Positions 11,142 to 29,101 of a stretch of DNA of 64,000 nucleotides are shown piece after piece. The position numbers and the translations under genes were made by a program. The notes under the pieces are model-generated. The model made no database searches, was not told where the DNA came from, and saw only the letters and a program-made list of their open reading frames with translations. The DNA comes from an uncultured Chloroflexia bacterium. GTDB lineage: Bacteria; Chloroflexota; Chloroflexia; QHBQ01; JADMIH01. Location: the NCBI GenBank assembly GCA_963797095.1, contig CAWCNY010000006.1, forward strand, positions 996,374 to 1,060,373, in the 5' to 3' direction. The stretch's first letter is position 1; the number at the start of each line of letters is the position of its first letter.

Positions 11142-12745
11142 TTAAGGGTGGGAGGGCTGGGAGAGGAGGGCCAAGCACTGGTCAAAGGGGTTGAGACCCT
11201 TAGCTCGCCAGGTGCCGAACAGGGTAGCCAACGTCATCCGGGTGGCTGATCCCTTGGGCGATTGACTACCACCCGATACCTTGCGCATCACCACCACAGG
11301 ACGGATTGACCGTTCCGCCAGGTTGTTGTCAGAGGATAAGGTGGGCACTATCACGAACTGGAATAACTCCTCCTGGTGGCGCAGCAGTCTCTTGCACAAG
11401 GTGTGGCATGGGTGCTTGCTCTTTGGGGGCCGTTACCGTTCTTGCCCCCGCCCCCGCCCCCGCCCCCGCCCCCGCCCCTGCCCTGTGGCCCTTGTTTGCC
11501 CCCGCCCTGTGGCCCGAACTCCTTGGCATCGGCATACTGCGCACCTAGCTTGGCAACCCCTTCCACCAACCGCCGGTACTCTCTTACACGCTGCTCCCAC
11601 TTGTGTGGCTCTTTTGTGGCTTCGTCTGCAGTGGGAGGGCCAAGTTCGTGTTCTTCCAACAGCTTATGGGCATCATCGTACAGTGCTCGCACTCCCCTGG
11701 CCCATTCATGCACTTCCTCGTTAGTGGGGTTGGTAGGGTTGGTAGGGTTGGTAGGGTTGGTAGGGTTGGTAGGGTTGATGGGGTTGATGGGGTGCTCCTC
11801 TTTCAGCTTATGCAAATCACGGAGCAGATGTGCCCAGCACCGCTGGTGCTCTCCTGGGAAGTCGTTGTAGCCACCGTAGAAGTCACTCGACATTACTTGA
11901 CCCTTTTCCCCAAAGTTAGACCCCATTATTCGTTTGGCTACCGCTCCCCCTCGGCTCTGGTCGTACTCGTACAATCGCTCTCCATCGGGCGTGAAGAAGC
12001 CCCAGATATAGCCGTTTTGTCCCCCTTCTCGCCAGGTGGTTTCGTCACCATGTACCACATGGCTATGGCTCCTTCGAACCCTCTTCTTTATGGAGGCAGC
12101 AGCCTCCTTCAGAGGTTCGGCTTGCACCATTCGATGCAACAACTCCACAACCTCACCCGAAGAGATGGTCAACTTGTGTATGGTGTACAGGTACTCTTTT
12201 ATGAGGAGGAGGGGCATCCTCAACGATGTGCGCAGATGAGCTATGAGGGAGGCGATACGCACCCCCATTCTGCCTTGCCCAATCACCTGACCTGTAAGGT
12301 CGACAGTGGGGTAGTGCCACCTCCCACAACGAGCACACCACCCCTTGAATAGCTGGTGCTCGGTGACTTGCACAGGAGGGGGTGGAGGGAGTTCTATCAC
12401 CTGGCGTCTGGAGGCGAGTTGGTGCTGACGAAGGGTGTAGCCACAATCGGGACACTGCTGCAGGTGGTGCTCAATTGTTGAGGTGGGCGATTGTTCACGG
12501 CGGCGGGCACCATTGTGCTCTTTAGCTCTGGGGCGTCTGGGAGGCTTTGGGGTGTTGTTCTTCTTGGGAGTGGAGGGCTTGACGAATGATGGGGCACCTG
12601 GCGAGCCAGAGCCAGAGGCTAGCTGTGTCTGCATCTGCTCCAACCTGGCTTCCAACTCGGCGATGCGCTCCAGAGCAAGGCGCAATTGCTCTTTGAGTTG
12701 TGCATTCTCTGCCCGCAGATGGGCTAGTTCTTCTTCCAGGTTCAT
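11142..12745 (-). pseudogene. IS66 TnpC transposase, frameshifted near 11417-11432
   Basis: N-terminal leucine zipper, CPDCG/CARC Zn finger, HGDETTW, QRCWAHLLR; C-terminal DNNLAERSIR in another frame. Confidence 0.85.
11720..11793. repeat. 9-bp tandem repeat encoding (NPT/NPI)n in the IS66 transposase
   Basis: About 8 copies of GTTGGTAGG/GTTGATGGG. Confidence 0.85.
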
Positions 12746-12809
12746 ACTTCATAGAATACAGTGGAAATTGCTCCACCTCAAGTCTGACCGCATACTTTTG
12801 CCGGAAGCT

Positions 12810-12838
12810 TTGCCGTGCGTGGGTTGTAGTGATATAAT
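12810..12838 (+). promoter_or_regulatory. Sigma70-type promoter of the aconitase fusion gene
   Basis: TTGCCG-17 bp-TATAAT with extended -10 TG. Confidence 0.6.
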
Positions 12839-12904
12839 ATTAGTTGGAATCAAAAGAGCCCGCTCCAAAAAGAAGCGAAAGAGCCAGAAGAGGAGTTCCT
12901 TGCA

Positions 12905-15790
12905 ATGCCGCGAAATATTGTCCAGAAGATCTTCGCAGCGCACCTGGTGTCCGGCGAGATGAGGCCGGGACGCGAGGTCGCCATTCATATTGACCAGACT
13001 CTAACGCAGGATGCCACGGGTACGATGTCGTACCTGCAATTTGAGGCGATGGGCATCCCACGGGTGCGCACAGATGTATCGGTGTCATATGTTGACCACA
13101 ACATGTTGCAGACCGGATTCGAGAACGCGGACGACCACCGCTTCTTGCAGTCTATCGCCTCCAAATATGGTATTTTCTTCTCGCGACCGGGTAACGGGAT
13201 CTGTCACCAGGTACATCTTGAGAGGTTCGCGGTGCCTGGCAAGACCCTATTGGGATCGGATAGCCATACGCCTACCTGCGGTGGGCTGGGCATGATCGCG
13301 ATTGGAGCGGGTGGTTTGGACGTGGCGGTAGCTATGGGCGGTGGGCCTTTCTATACAGCGATGCCCGAAGTTTGGTTGGTGAGGCTGATAGGCAAGCGGC
13401 AGCCGTGGGTAGCATCGAAGGACATCATTTTCGAGTTGTTGAGAAGACTGACCGTGAAGGGCGGGGTTGGCAAGATCATTGAGTATGGTGGGCCGGGAGT
13501 GGCAGATTTGTCGGTGCCTGAGCGCGGAACGATCACCAACATGGGCGCGGAATTGGGAGCTACCACCTCGATATTTCCCTCCGATCACAGGACGAAGGAG
13601 TACATGGAGGCCCAGGGGCGAGGCAAGGATTGGACTGAATTAAAGGCTGATGATGACACCGAGTACGACGGCGTGATCGAGATCGTGCTGGATGACCTGG
13701 AGCCAATGATATCTCGCCCTCATAGCCCCGACAGTGTTGTGCCTGTGCGAGAAGTGGCAGGAACGCCGGTCACTCAGGTGCTGGTTGGCAGTTGTACGAA
13801 TTCCTCGTTCGTGGATTTGCAGACTGTGGCTGGGGCGCTTAAGGGTAAGACGGTCAACCCCGGGCTTTCGTTCGGGGTGACGCCGGGGTCGCGCCAGGTG
13901 TTCACCATGATCGCGAGGTCAGGAGCGTTGGGCGACCTGATCGAGTCGGGGGCACGCATACTGGAGTCGGCCTGTGGGCCCTGTATTGGTATGGGGCAGG
14001 CTCCCGCGTCGGGAGCGGTGAGCGTAAGGTCGTTCAATCGCAACTTCGAGGGGCGGTCGGGAACGCCTAATGCACAGGTATTCCTGGCATCGCCTGAGAC
14101 GTGTGCGGCGACCGCCCTGACGGGTGTGATCACCGATCCGAGGGCCCTCGGTGAAAAGATCGAGGTAGATATACCGGAGCACTTCCTGATTGAAGACAAC
14201 ATGATCGTGCCGCCTGCAGAGAAGCCGGACACGGTTGAGGTGCTGCGTGGACCGAACATCAAGCCGCTGCCGATCAATAAGACCCTCCCTGCCAACCTGG
14301 CCGGGCAGGTGCTACTGAAAGTGGGCGACAACATCACGACCGATCATATCATGCCTGCGGGTGCGAAGATCCTGCCTCTGAGGTCGAACATACCGGCTAT
14401 TTCCGAGTATGTGTTCGAGAAAGTTGACCCGTCGTTCGCGACCAGGGCCAAGCAGCAAGGTGGTGGGTTCGTAGTAGGCGGTAGCAACTACGGCCAGGGC
14501 TCTAGCCGTGAGCACGCGGCGCTCGCGCCGATGTACCTGGGGGTGCGTGGCGTTATCACCAAGAGTTTTGCTCGTATCCACCGCGACAACCTGATCAACT
14601 TCGGCATAATTCCAATGACATTTGTGAACCCTGACGACTACGACAAGATCAATGAGCGCGATGAATTGCTGGTGGAGGATGTGCGAGACGACCTGTTGGA
14701 TGGCGATGAGTTCCTGACACTGATCAACCTGAGCAAGGGACACAGCTATCAGGTGAAGCATGGACTGACGATGCGTCAGATCAACATCATACTGGCGGGC
14801 GGGCTGCTGAACTATATCAGGGAGCATGGAGATGCGTCGAAGGTGGAGAGGGAGGCGACGGCGGCGGCTATAGGCTCGACGACGGCAATGCCTACCAGCA
14901 CAACCAAGACCACTGACTCGCCTGGCGCGACACCGAGGCCGCTGTCGAGGGCTGAGATATTCGACCAGATGGTGGTGGAGAGGGCGGAAAAGGCGGTCGA
15001 AGAGCATGACAGGCTGGGACACGGATTGCACGAGAAGACAGATGCGCGCTTCGCTGAATTGATTGCTCCAAGCAAAGGGGCGATATGCCTCGATATAGCA
15101 ACGGCCAGTGGCACGCTTGCACTTGCGCTCGCAGATAGGATCGGGCCGCAGGGACGCGTGGTAGCGATTGACCTGGCGCAGGGGATGCTAGACTACGCAG
15201 AGAGGAAAGCGCGTGCGCACAGGCTCAAGAACATCGAGTGGAAGCGGATGAACGCGCAGAACCTTGAGTTCGAGGATGACACGTTCGATGTGGTGGTTTG
15301 CAGTCTCGCGATCTTCTACTTCCCCGATATTCCGGGCGCAATGCATGAGATGCTGCGGGTGCTGAAGCCGGGTGGGAAATTGGGGATCACTACAGCGGAC
15401 CCGGAGACGGCGTTCTCGCCTTTGAGCCAGCCTTACATGGCGTCATTGAGGAAACTTGCGGAGGAGTTGAAGATCGACCAGCCTGCTTACTCAGATACAT
15501 CGAATGAGACGCGAGAGAAGGCTGGGCTGGCGAAGCTGGTGAAGGAGGCCGGGTTCAAGGACGTGGAGGTTATCGAGGAAAGCATCCCCGTGCGGTTCAC
15601 GTCGTTGGAGGATTGGTGGCAGTACGGTCGCGGGTCAACCTGGGGCGATCTGCTGCTGGACAGGTTATCACCGGACCAGAGGGTCGAATTCAGGAAGAAG
15701 CACGAGGACGAGATCAAGAAGCAGTTCGGCTCCGCAGGGATAAGGGCGGCTACGCCTATATTGTTTGCCCTGGGTAGGAAACCTGAGTAG
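12905..15790 (+). CDS. Aconitate hydratase fused to a C-terminal class I SAM methyltransferase
   Basis: QDATGT, GNGICHQ, GSDSHT, GSCTN, CGPCIG, TTDHIMP, NYGQGSSREHA (aa ~1-640); Ala/Thr linker; LDIATASG, IDLAQGML, FDVVVC, LRVLKPGG. Confidence 0.9.
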   Translation: MPRNIVQKIFAAHLVSGEMRPGREVAIHIDQTLTQDATGTMSYLQFEAMGIPRVRTDVSVSYVDHNMLQTGFENADDHRFLQSIASKYGIFFSRPGNGICHQVHLERFAVPGKTLLGSDSHTPTCGGLGMIAIGAGGLDVAVAMGGGPFYTAMPEVWLVRLIGKRQPWVASKDIIFELLRRLTVKGGVGKIIEYGGPGVADLSVPERGTITNMGAELGATTSIFPSDHRTKEYMEAQGRGKDWTELKADDDTEYDGVIEIVLDDLEPMISRPHSPDSVVPVREVAGTPVTQVLVGSCTNSSFVDLQTVAGALKGKTVNPGLSFGVTPGSRQVFTMIARSGALGDLIESGARILESACGPCIGMGQAPASGAVSVRSFNRNFEGRSGTPNAQVFLASPETCAATALTGVITDPRALGEKIEVDIPEHFLIEDNMIVPPAEKPDTVEVLRGPNIKPLPINKTLPANLAGQVLLKVGDNITTDHIMPAGAKILPLRSNIPAISEYVFEKVDPSFATRAKQQGGGFVVGGSNYGQGSSREHAALAPMYLGVRGVITKSFARIHRDNLINFGIIPMTFVNPDDYDKINERDELLVEDVRDDLLDGDEFLTLINLSKGHSYQVKHGLTMRQINIILAGGLLNYIREHGDASKVEREATAAAIGSTTAMPTSTTKTTDSPGATPRPLSRAEIFDQMVVERAEKAVEEHDRLGHGLHEKTDARFAELIAPSKGAICLDIATASGTLALALADRIGPQGRVVAIDLAQGMLDYAERKARAHRLKNIEWKRMNAQNLEFEDDTFDVVVCSLAIFYFPDIPGAMHEMLRVLKPGGKLGITTADPETAFSPLSQPYMASLRKLAEELKIDQPAYSDTSNETREKAGLAKLVKEAGFKDVEVIEESIPVRFTSLEDWWQYGRGSTWGDLLLDRLSPDQRVEFRKKHEDEIKKQFGSAGIRAATPILFALGRKPE

Positions 15791-15819
15791 TGACGAGTGA
15801 CGAGTGACGAGTGACGAGT

Positions 15820-15846
15820 GGGGCGGGGTTGAGACCCGCCCCTTTT
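15820..15846 (+). terminator. Intrinsic terminator
   Basis: GGGGCGGG-loop-CCCGCCCC followed by TTTT. Confidence 0.65.
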
Positions 15847-15879
15847 CGATTCTTACCGGCTGGTGTTACTTCGTTCGGG

Positions 15880-16926
15880 CTATTGATCGTTGTTGGTCTG
15901 GCCGCCCATGAGGCCGCCGAGAAGACCGCCCAGGTCACCGAGGCCGCCCTGGGGGTTTTGCTGCGCGGAATTGGGCTGACTGCCACCCAGGAGGCCGCCG
16001 AGGAGACCACCTACCCAGTCCATTGAGCCGCCGCTCTGCTGGCCTCCGCTTTGAGATCCCATCAGGCCACCGAGCAGACCGCCAATGTCGACGTTGCCAC
16101 CAGCGCCCTGTTGCTGATCGTCCAGTTGGGATTGGTTGCTGCCCATGAGGCCGCTCAGTAAGCCGCCGAGGTCCACGCTGCCACCGCTTTGTTGCTGGGA
16201 TTGGGACTGAGACTGGCTACCTGTGAGACCACCAAGGAGAGTGCCAAGGTCGCCCGCAAGACCGCCCTGGGGCTGAGTGGCGTAGTTGCTAGTATTATCG
16301 CCCTTGTTGAAGAGCATGGTGATCAGGCTGGGTGCGAGGGCTGTAATGATGCCGCCGATAACGTTGGTGGCTGAGGCCGCGCCGGGGTCGACCGTGCCCT
16401 GATTACCCGCAGTGCCCTGGGTGCCGGTGATGGCAGCCGAGAGGGATTGGAGGAGGCCGGCCTCGATCGGTTGGCCTGCCTTTTCGGCCTGGTTGAGGGC
16501 GTTGACGGCGGGGTGGATAGCATCGAGCATAGTGCCCTGGCCAGGCCTGGCCGGGTTGTTACTCTCGACGCCGCCGAGGAAAGATTGGAGGAACGGAAGA
16601 AGATTAGCGGAGGAGATAGACTGTTGTCCTTTGAAGTCGGCAGCGGCGTGTTCAAGGCCGTCGGCGTAGAAGGAGGCGGCTTTGCCTGTGCTTTGCTGGC
16701 GCATAGCCTGGGCGGCGGCCTGTAGTTGGACGCCCGCATCATTGCTGCCGGAGTTATGGGCAGCTTCAGCGGCGGCATTGAAGGCGGTGGCCATACGCTG
16801 GCCGTGTGTGCCCTTGTTGTCTACGCTGTTTAACTGATCCTGGGTTTGGGATAACTGCTGGGCGATTGAGGATAAGAGGGTTGGCACATCTACCTGACGT
16901 AGTTGGTCCATGTTTTGTCCGGCCAT
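15880..16926 (-). CDS. DAK2/DhaL-like domain protein with Gly/Gln-rich repetitive C-terminus
   Basis: LNSVD..GTHG, ARPGQGTMLDA, VDPGA motifs; repeated GGLLGGLMG tail. Confidence 0.7.
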   Translation of the reverse strand: MAGQNMDQLRQVDVPTLLSSIAQQLSQTQDQLNSVDNKGTHGQRMATAFNAAAEAAHNSGSNDAGVQLQAAAQAMRQQSTGKAASFYADGLEHAAADFKGQQSISSANLLPFLQSFLGGVESNNPARPGQGTMLDAIHPAVNALNQAEKAGQPIEAGLLQSLSAAITGTQGTAGNQGTVDPGAASATNVIGGIITALAPSLITMLFNKGDNTSNYATQPQGGLAGDLGTLLGGLTGSQSQSQSQQQSGGSVDLGGLLSGLMGSNQSQLDDQQQGAGGNVDIGGLLGGLMGSQSGGQQSGGSMDWVGGLLGGLLGGSQPNSAQQNPQGGLGDLGGLLGGLMGGQTNNDQ

Positions 16927-17042
16927 TTGTGTCTCCTGAGTTTTATTCTTGGTACGCCAAGGTACGAAGTGGAACGAAGATCACGAAGGATTCTCTTATT
17001 ATATAGGGTTTATTCCTGGTGATCTTCGTGGGCGAATATGGC

Positions 17043-18851
17043 CTAGACTTCCAGTTTGATGTGGAGGTCCTTGAGGGCGCGATCTGGGACCGGAGAAGGG
17101 GCGTCGGTCATGAGGTCGCGGGCCTGGGCTGTCTTTGGGAAGGCTATTACCTCGCGGATGTTGTTTTCGCCTGCCAGGAGCATCACTATGCGGTCGATGC
17201 CGGGAGCGATGCCGCCGTGGGGAGGCGCGCCGTACTCGAAGGCGTCGAGGAGATGGCCGAAGCGGGCCTGGGCGTCTTCGTCGGAGTAGCCCATTAGCTT
17301 GAAGACGGCTGCCTGCTGCTCTCGGTCGTGGATACGGATGGAGCCTGTGGATAGCTCGAAGCCGTTGCAAACCACGTCATAGGCGGCAGCACGCACGTTG
17401 GCCGGGTCGATGGTTAGAAGGTGTGCGTCTTCGGGCATAGGAGATGTGAATGGGTGGTGGACGGCGTCCCATCGTCCTTCGTCTTCGTTCCACTCGACCA
17501 GGGGTGGGTCAATCACCCAGGCGAAGGCGAGAACATCGTCATCGAGAAGGTTGAGCTTGCGGCCCATATCGGCGCGAAGCCTGCCCAGCACATCGCGGGT
17601 TGTGGTAATGGAGTCGGCGACGATCAGGAGGAGGTCGCCTGCCTTGGCACCGGTAGTGGCGACGATGGCGGAGGTCTCTTCGGGAGTGAGGAACTTGGCG
17701 GCAGGGGAGCGAACTTGCCACGATTTGTCCTCGGCCAGGGATTCGACCGCCATCCAGACGAGGCCTTTCGCGCCGTAGCGTTTGGCGGTCTCGGTGAGGT
17801 CATCCAGCTCACGGCGGGTCCAGTGGGCGGAGCCTGGGACGCGAATGGCGGCGACAAGGCCACCGGAGGAGATAGCGGAGTTGAAGACGGTAAAGGCTGA
17901 GTTGGCGACCGCCTCATTTAGCTCAGTGATCTCCATGCCGAAGCGGATGTCGGGCTTGTCGTTGCCGTATTTCGCCATCAATTCGGCGTAGGTAAGGCGC
18001 GGGAAAGGCAGGGTCTGGATGCGCTTGTCGGAGACGGCGGGGACCAACTCGATGAGGAGACCTTCGATAAGTTGGAGGATATCTTCGCGCTGGACGAAGC
18101 TCATTTCGAGGTCTAACTGAGTGAACTCAGGCTGGCGGTCGGCGCGTAGGTCTTCGTCGCGAAAGCAGCGAGCGATCTGGAAGTAGCGTCCCATACCTGC
18201 CACCATGAGCAGTTGCTTTAGCTGCTGGGGCGATTGTGGGAGGGCGTAGAACTCGCCTGCGTGGACGCGGGAGGGAACGAGGTAGTCGCGAGCGCCTTCG
18301 GGGGTGGACTTGATCAGGATGGGGGTCTCGATTTCGAGGAAGCCGCGGGCGTCGAGGTAGTCGCGGATGAACTTTATGACACGATGGCGTAGCTCAAGGT
18401 TGCGCTGCATACGTGGGCGGCGGAGGTCGAGGTAGCGATATTTGAGGCGGAGCATTTCGTCGGCGTCGGAGCCGCCCGCGATCTCGAAGGGCATGGGCTT
18501 GGCGCGGTTGAGGATTGTGACGTTATCGGCGGCGACCTCTATCTCGCCGGTGGCGAGGTTGGGGTTGACACGGTCGGCTCCCCGCTCATTGACAATACCT
18601 TCCACGCGAAGGACGTATTCGACGCGGGCTTCCTCAGCTATCTTGTGGGCAGTGGGGTTGACCTCGCGGTTGAAGACCACCTGTGTGAGGCCCCAGCGGT
18701 CGCGAATGTCGATGAAGATTAGAGCGCCCTGGTCGCGGCGACGGTGAACCCAGCCGTTAAGTTGGACGGCACGCCCCGCGTCGGCGGCTCGTAATTGGCC
18801 GCAGTTGATTTTGGTGTATTGCTGTGGTTCTGTCTCTGTTTGGGATTGCAT
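17043..18851 (-). CDS. aspS: Aspartate--tRNA ligase
   Basis: LKYRYLDLRR, STPEGARDY, LPQSPQ, FRDEDLRADRQPEFTQ, GAPPHGGIA. Confidence 0.97.
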   Translation of the reverse strand: MQSQTETEPQQYTKINCGQLRAADAGRAVQLNGWVHRRRDQGALIFIDIRDRWGLTQVVFNREVNPTAHKIAEEARVEYVLRVEGIVNERGADRVNPNLATGEIEVAADNVTILNRAKPMPFEIAGGSDADEMLRLKYRYLDLRRPRMQRNLELRHRVIKFIRDYLDARGFLEIETPILIKSTPEGARDYLVPSRVHAGEFYALPQSPQQLKQLLMVAGMGRYFQIARCFRDEDLRADRQPEFTQLDLEMSFVQREDILQLIEGLLIELVPAVSDKRIQTLPFPRLTYAELMAKYGNDKPDIRFGMEITELNEAVANSAFTVFNSAISSGGLVAAIRVPGSAHWTRRELDDLTETAKRYGAKGLVWMAVESLAEDKSWQVRSPAAKFLTPEETSAIVATTGAKAGDLLLIVADSITTTRDVLGRLRADMGRKLNLLDDDVLAFAWVIDPPLVEWNEDEGRWDAVHHPFTSPMPEDAHLLTIDPANVRAAAYDVVCNGFELSTGSIRIHDREQQAAVFKLMGYSDEDAQARFGHLLDAFEYGAPPHGGIAPGIDRIVMLLAGENNIREVIAFPKTAQARDLMTDAPSPVPDRALKDLHIKLEV

Positions 18852-18948
18852 CTAAAAGAGGTTCCTCTCCCTGGATAGGTTTTGGGATGTTAGCTATGAT
18901 CTTACCATAGGGGTGGGGGGATGTCCAGAAAGTGGGACGAAGGACCAA

Positions 18949-19069
18949 GGCTGATGCAAAGTCGGTATCGGACACACCAGGTTTGATTATGTCATTCTTC
19001 ACTTCGTTCAGAATGACAAGGCGTAGATGGGCGGTGTTTCCCACCGCTTTATCTGACTTTGCATCAGCC
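18949..19069. mobile_element. Putative 121-bp MITE
   Basis: Perfect 15-bp TIR GGCTGATGCAAAGTC / GACTTTGCATCAGCC; internal GTCATTCT..AGAATGAC hairpin; no clear target duplication. Confidence 0.5.
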
Positions 19070-19389
19070 GTGGACGAAGGACGATGACTCCGACTTCACT
19101 CATTTCTGATGACTATTGATTTGTTAATGTGCGGCCCCAACGCAAGCGAAACACCGATCTATTTCTGCATCCTTCTGCTATTGAGCATGGAGGCGAAAGA
19201 ATTGCACTATAGAATATTAGCACAGATGTTCCGCATTTGTAAACGGCCAAATGGGTAGTTCTTTTGACGAATTGCTTGTATTTCCAGTTCTTAGTTGCTC
19301 GTCGCATAGCCGGCAACTTTAGGCGGGTGAACCGATTGGTGTATGATGGTGTGTAGAGGGTATGACCTCGGAGAAGGAGATGTTTTCTT

Positions 19390-19704
19390 ATGCTCGCGTG
19401 GATCGTTTTGTTGGGGTTGATTGTGGTGGAGGTTGTTGCCCTCAGGTGGTGGCTGGCAGCTAACTATTACAAGGCATTCTTCAATGATTGGGCGCCATTT
19501 CTTTATAGCGCTTTGCTGGTAGTTGACATCGCTATTGCCTGGTTGGTCTCAACGCTTTATGAGCCAGGAGGAACGTCAGGTATGCAGTTGCTGCTGGTGA
19601 TCGGTGGAGGCTTGACGGTTATTGTGCTGCTGGGTACGTTGTTCTTGCGATGGGTTGTGCGATTGGATATGACGGATATTTCGGATAGGGACAAGAAGCG
19701 GTAG
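19390..19704 (+). CDS. Hypothetical 3-TM membrane protein
   Basis: AAGGAG RBS, three hydrophobic segments, terminator downstream. Confidence 0.7.
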   Translation: MLAWIVLLGLIVVEVVALRWWLAANYYKAFFNDWAPFLYSALLVVDIAIAWLVSTLYEPGGTSGMQLLLVIGGGLTVIVLLGTLFLRWVVRLDMTDISDRDKKR

Positions 19705-19754
19705 GGTTGGTAGTCAGTGGACGAGTGACGAGTGACAAGTGCTTGTGTATTTAT

Positions 19755-19797
19755 TGAGGAAGGACGAAGGCCCAAGACCTTCGTCCTTCCTCATTTT
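19755..19797. terminator. Bidirectional terminator
   Basis: TGAGGAAGGACGAAGG-loop-CCTTCGTCCTTCCTCA between convergent genes. Confidence 0.7.
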
Positions 19798-19816
19798 GTC
19801 CTTTGTCGTAATGTCG

Positions 19817-20383
19817 TCATCCCACATTCATGATGTCGTCTACTGGGATTGCCCAGCCTGGGAGAGCAGGTTCGGCTTCTGCTAGATCGCCGGGTTTGTA
19901 AATCGTGGGGTTATTTGGGTCTGTGTAGCGGTAGACACGGACTTCTTTGGAGCGGAGTACATCTACGTCCCAAACGACTTGGGTGCCGGCTTCGAAGTAG
20001 TCGGCGCGTTCTTGAGCCATTTCACGTTCGGCCTGAGGACCATAATCACTTTCGCTGCGCGCCTCGATCGAGAATATGGGAGCACCTTCGAGAAAGCGCC
20101 CATCACCGTCGTAAGGACCGACATAGAATGCGGCATCTGGGCTAAATGTACGCAATACTGGTCTTCTGCTGATGAAGCCTACGTTATCAGGAAATGCATA
20201 GCCGCGCCTGGTCTTGCGTTCATACTGATCCAGACTAATATAGATCCGACCGCTGGAGCGACCCGGTCCTCCGCCTGTGGGTGGCATACTCACTAACTCT
20301 CCATTAACTATTTCGGCCTTACCGTTTTCAGGAACGCGGTAAAGGTCTTCGACTGTGGCCTCTCGTTTTGTGGGGGTAGACAT
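19817..20383 (-). CDS. Uma2-family (PD-(D/E)XK) endonuclease
   Basis: KAEIVNGEL, FSPDAAF, IEARSESD, YFEAGTQVVWDVD, AEPALPGW. Confidence 0.85.
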   Translation of the reverse strand: MSTPTKREATVEDLYRVPENGKAEIVNGELVSMPPTGGGPGRSSGRIYISLDQYERKTRRGYAFPDNVGFISRRPVLRTFSPDAAFYVGPYDGDGRFLEGAPIFSIEARSESDYGPQAEREMAQERADYFEAGTQVVWDVDVLRSKEVRVYRYTDPNNPTIYKPGDLAEAEPALPGWAIPVDDIMNVG

Positions 20384-20495
20384 TTGGAGTACCTCGCTTC
20401 CATTGCCCGCTACCGTGCTAGTATAGTGCGAATTGTGGAGATGGACAGGGTGAAGTAGGGCGAACTACGAATGACGAAGCACAGCTGTTATGAGT

Positions 20496-20539
20496 TAAGC
20501 AGAAAAGACGAAGGCCAAAGCCTTCGTCTTTTCTGCTTA
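20496..20539 (-). terminator. Terminator after rpoC
   Basis: 20-bp perfect stem TAAGCAGAAAAGACGAAGGC-CAAA-GCCTTCGTCTTTTCTGCTTA. Confidence 0.8.
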
Positions 20540-20561
20540 TTTTGTACGGCGGGTTAGCCTT

Positions 20562-25205
<4,644 letters not shown>

Positions 25206-25218
25206 TTCTTACTCCTTG

Positions 25219-25290
25219 GTAGTCGGTAGTCAGTAGTCGGTAGTCGGATCGGAAAAGGGTTCCGACTACCGACTACTGACTTCCGACTAC
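25219..25290. repeat. Inverted array of GTAGTCG heptamers forming a 30-bp stem between rpoB and rpoC
   Basis: Arms 25219-25248 and 25261-25290 complementary at 29/30. Confidence 0.85.
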
Positions 25291-25297
25291 GATGTTC

Positions 25298-28801
<3,504 letters not shown>

Positions 28802-29101
28802 ATGCTATCTGCTCCTATAACTAATGCTCTAATAACACTCTGACCTTTGCGACGAAGGACGAACGTCGAGCGACGAAGGCAATACACCGCAGGGCGCGGA
28901 TGCCAGGGCTTACGATTTGAAACGGCGAAAAGTCCTTCGTCATTGGTCCTTTGTCTTTCGTCGTCTCACACAGCGAAGAGGCGCACACGACCCCTACCCA
29001 TCGCGTCGTTGCTTTTGAGGGCAAGCTGTTAGTGGGGTAAGGGTTATGATTGCGTCTGCTTATTTGTCATAAATAGCGGGATATTTGACCCTGGACAGGA
29101 C

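Larger units (their letters stand above)
11129..12795 (-). mobile_element. IS66-family element (single-ORF, ISBst12-like)
   Basis: IRs GTAAGCTCTCAGA / GTATGCGGTCAGA; 8-bp duplication TTTTGCCG at 11121-11128 and 12796-12803. Confidence 0.88.

Noticed and set aside
19113-19316. 67-aa minus-strand ORF
   Set aside because: No RBS or recognisable motif; likely spurious
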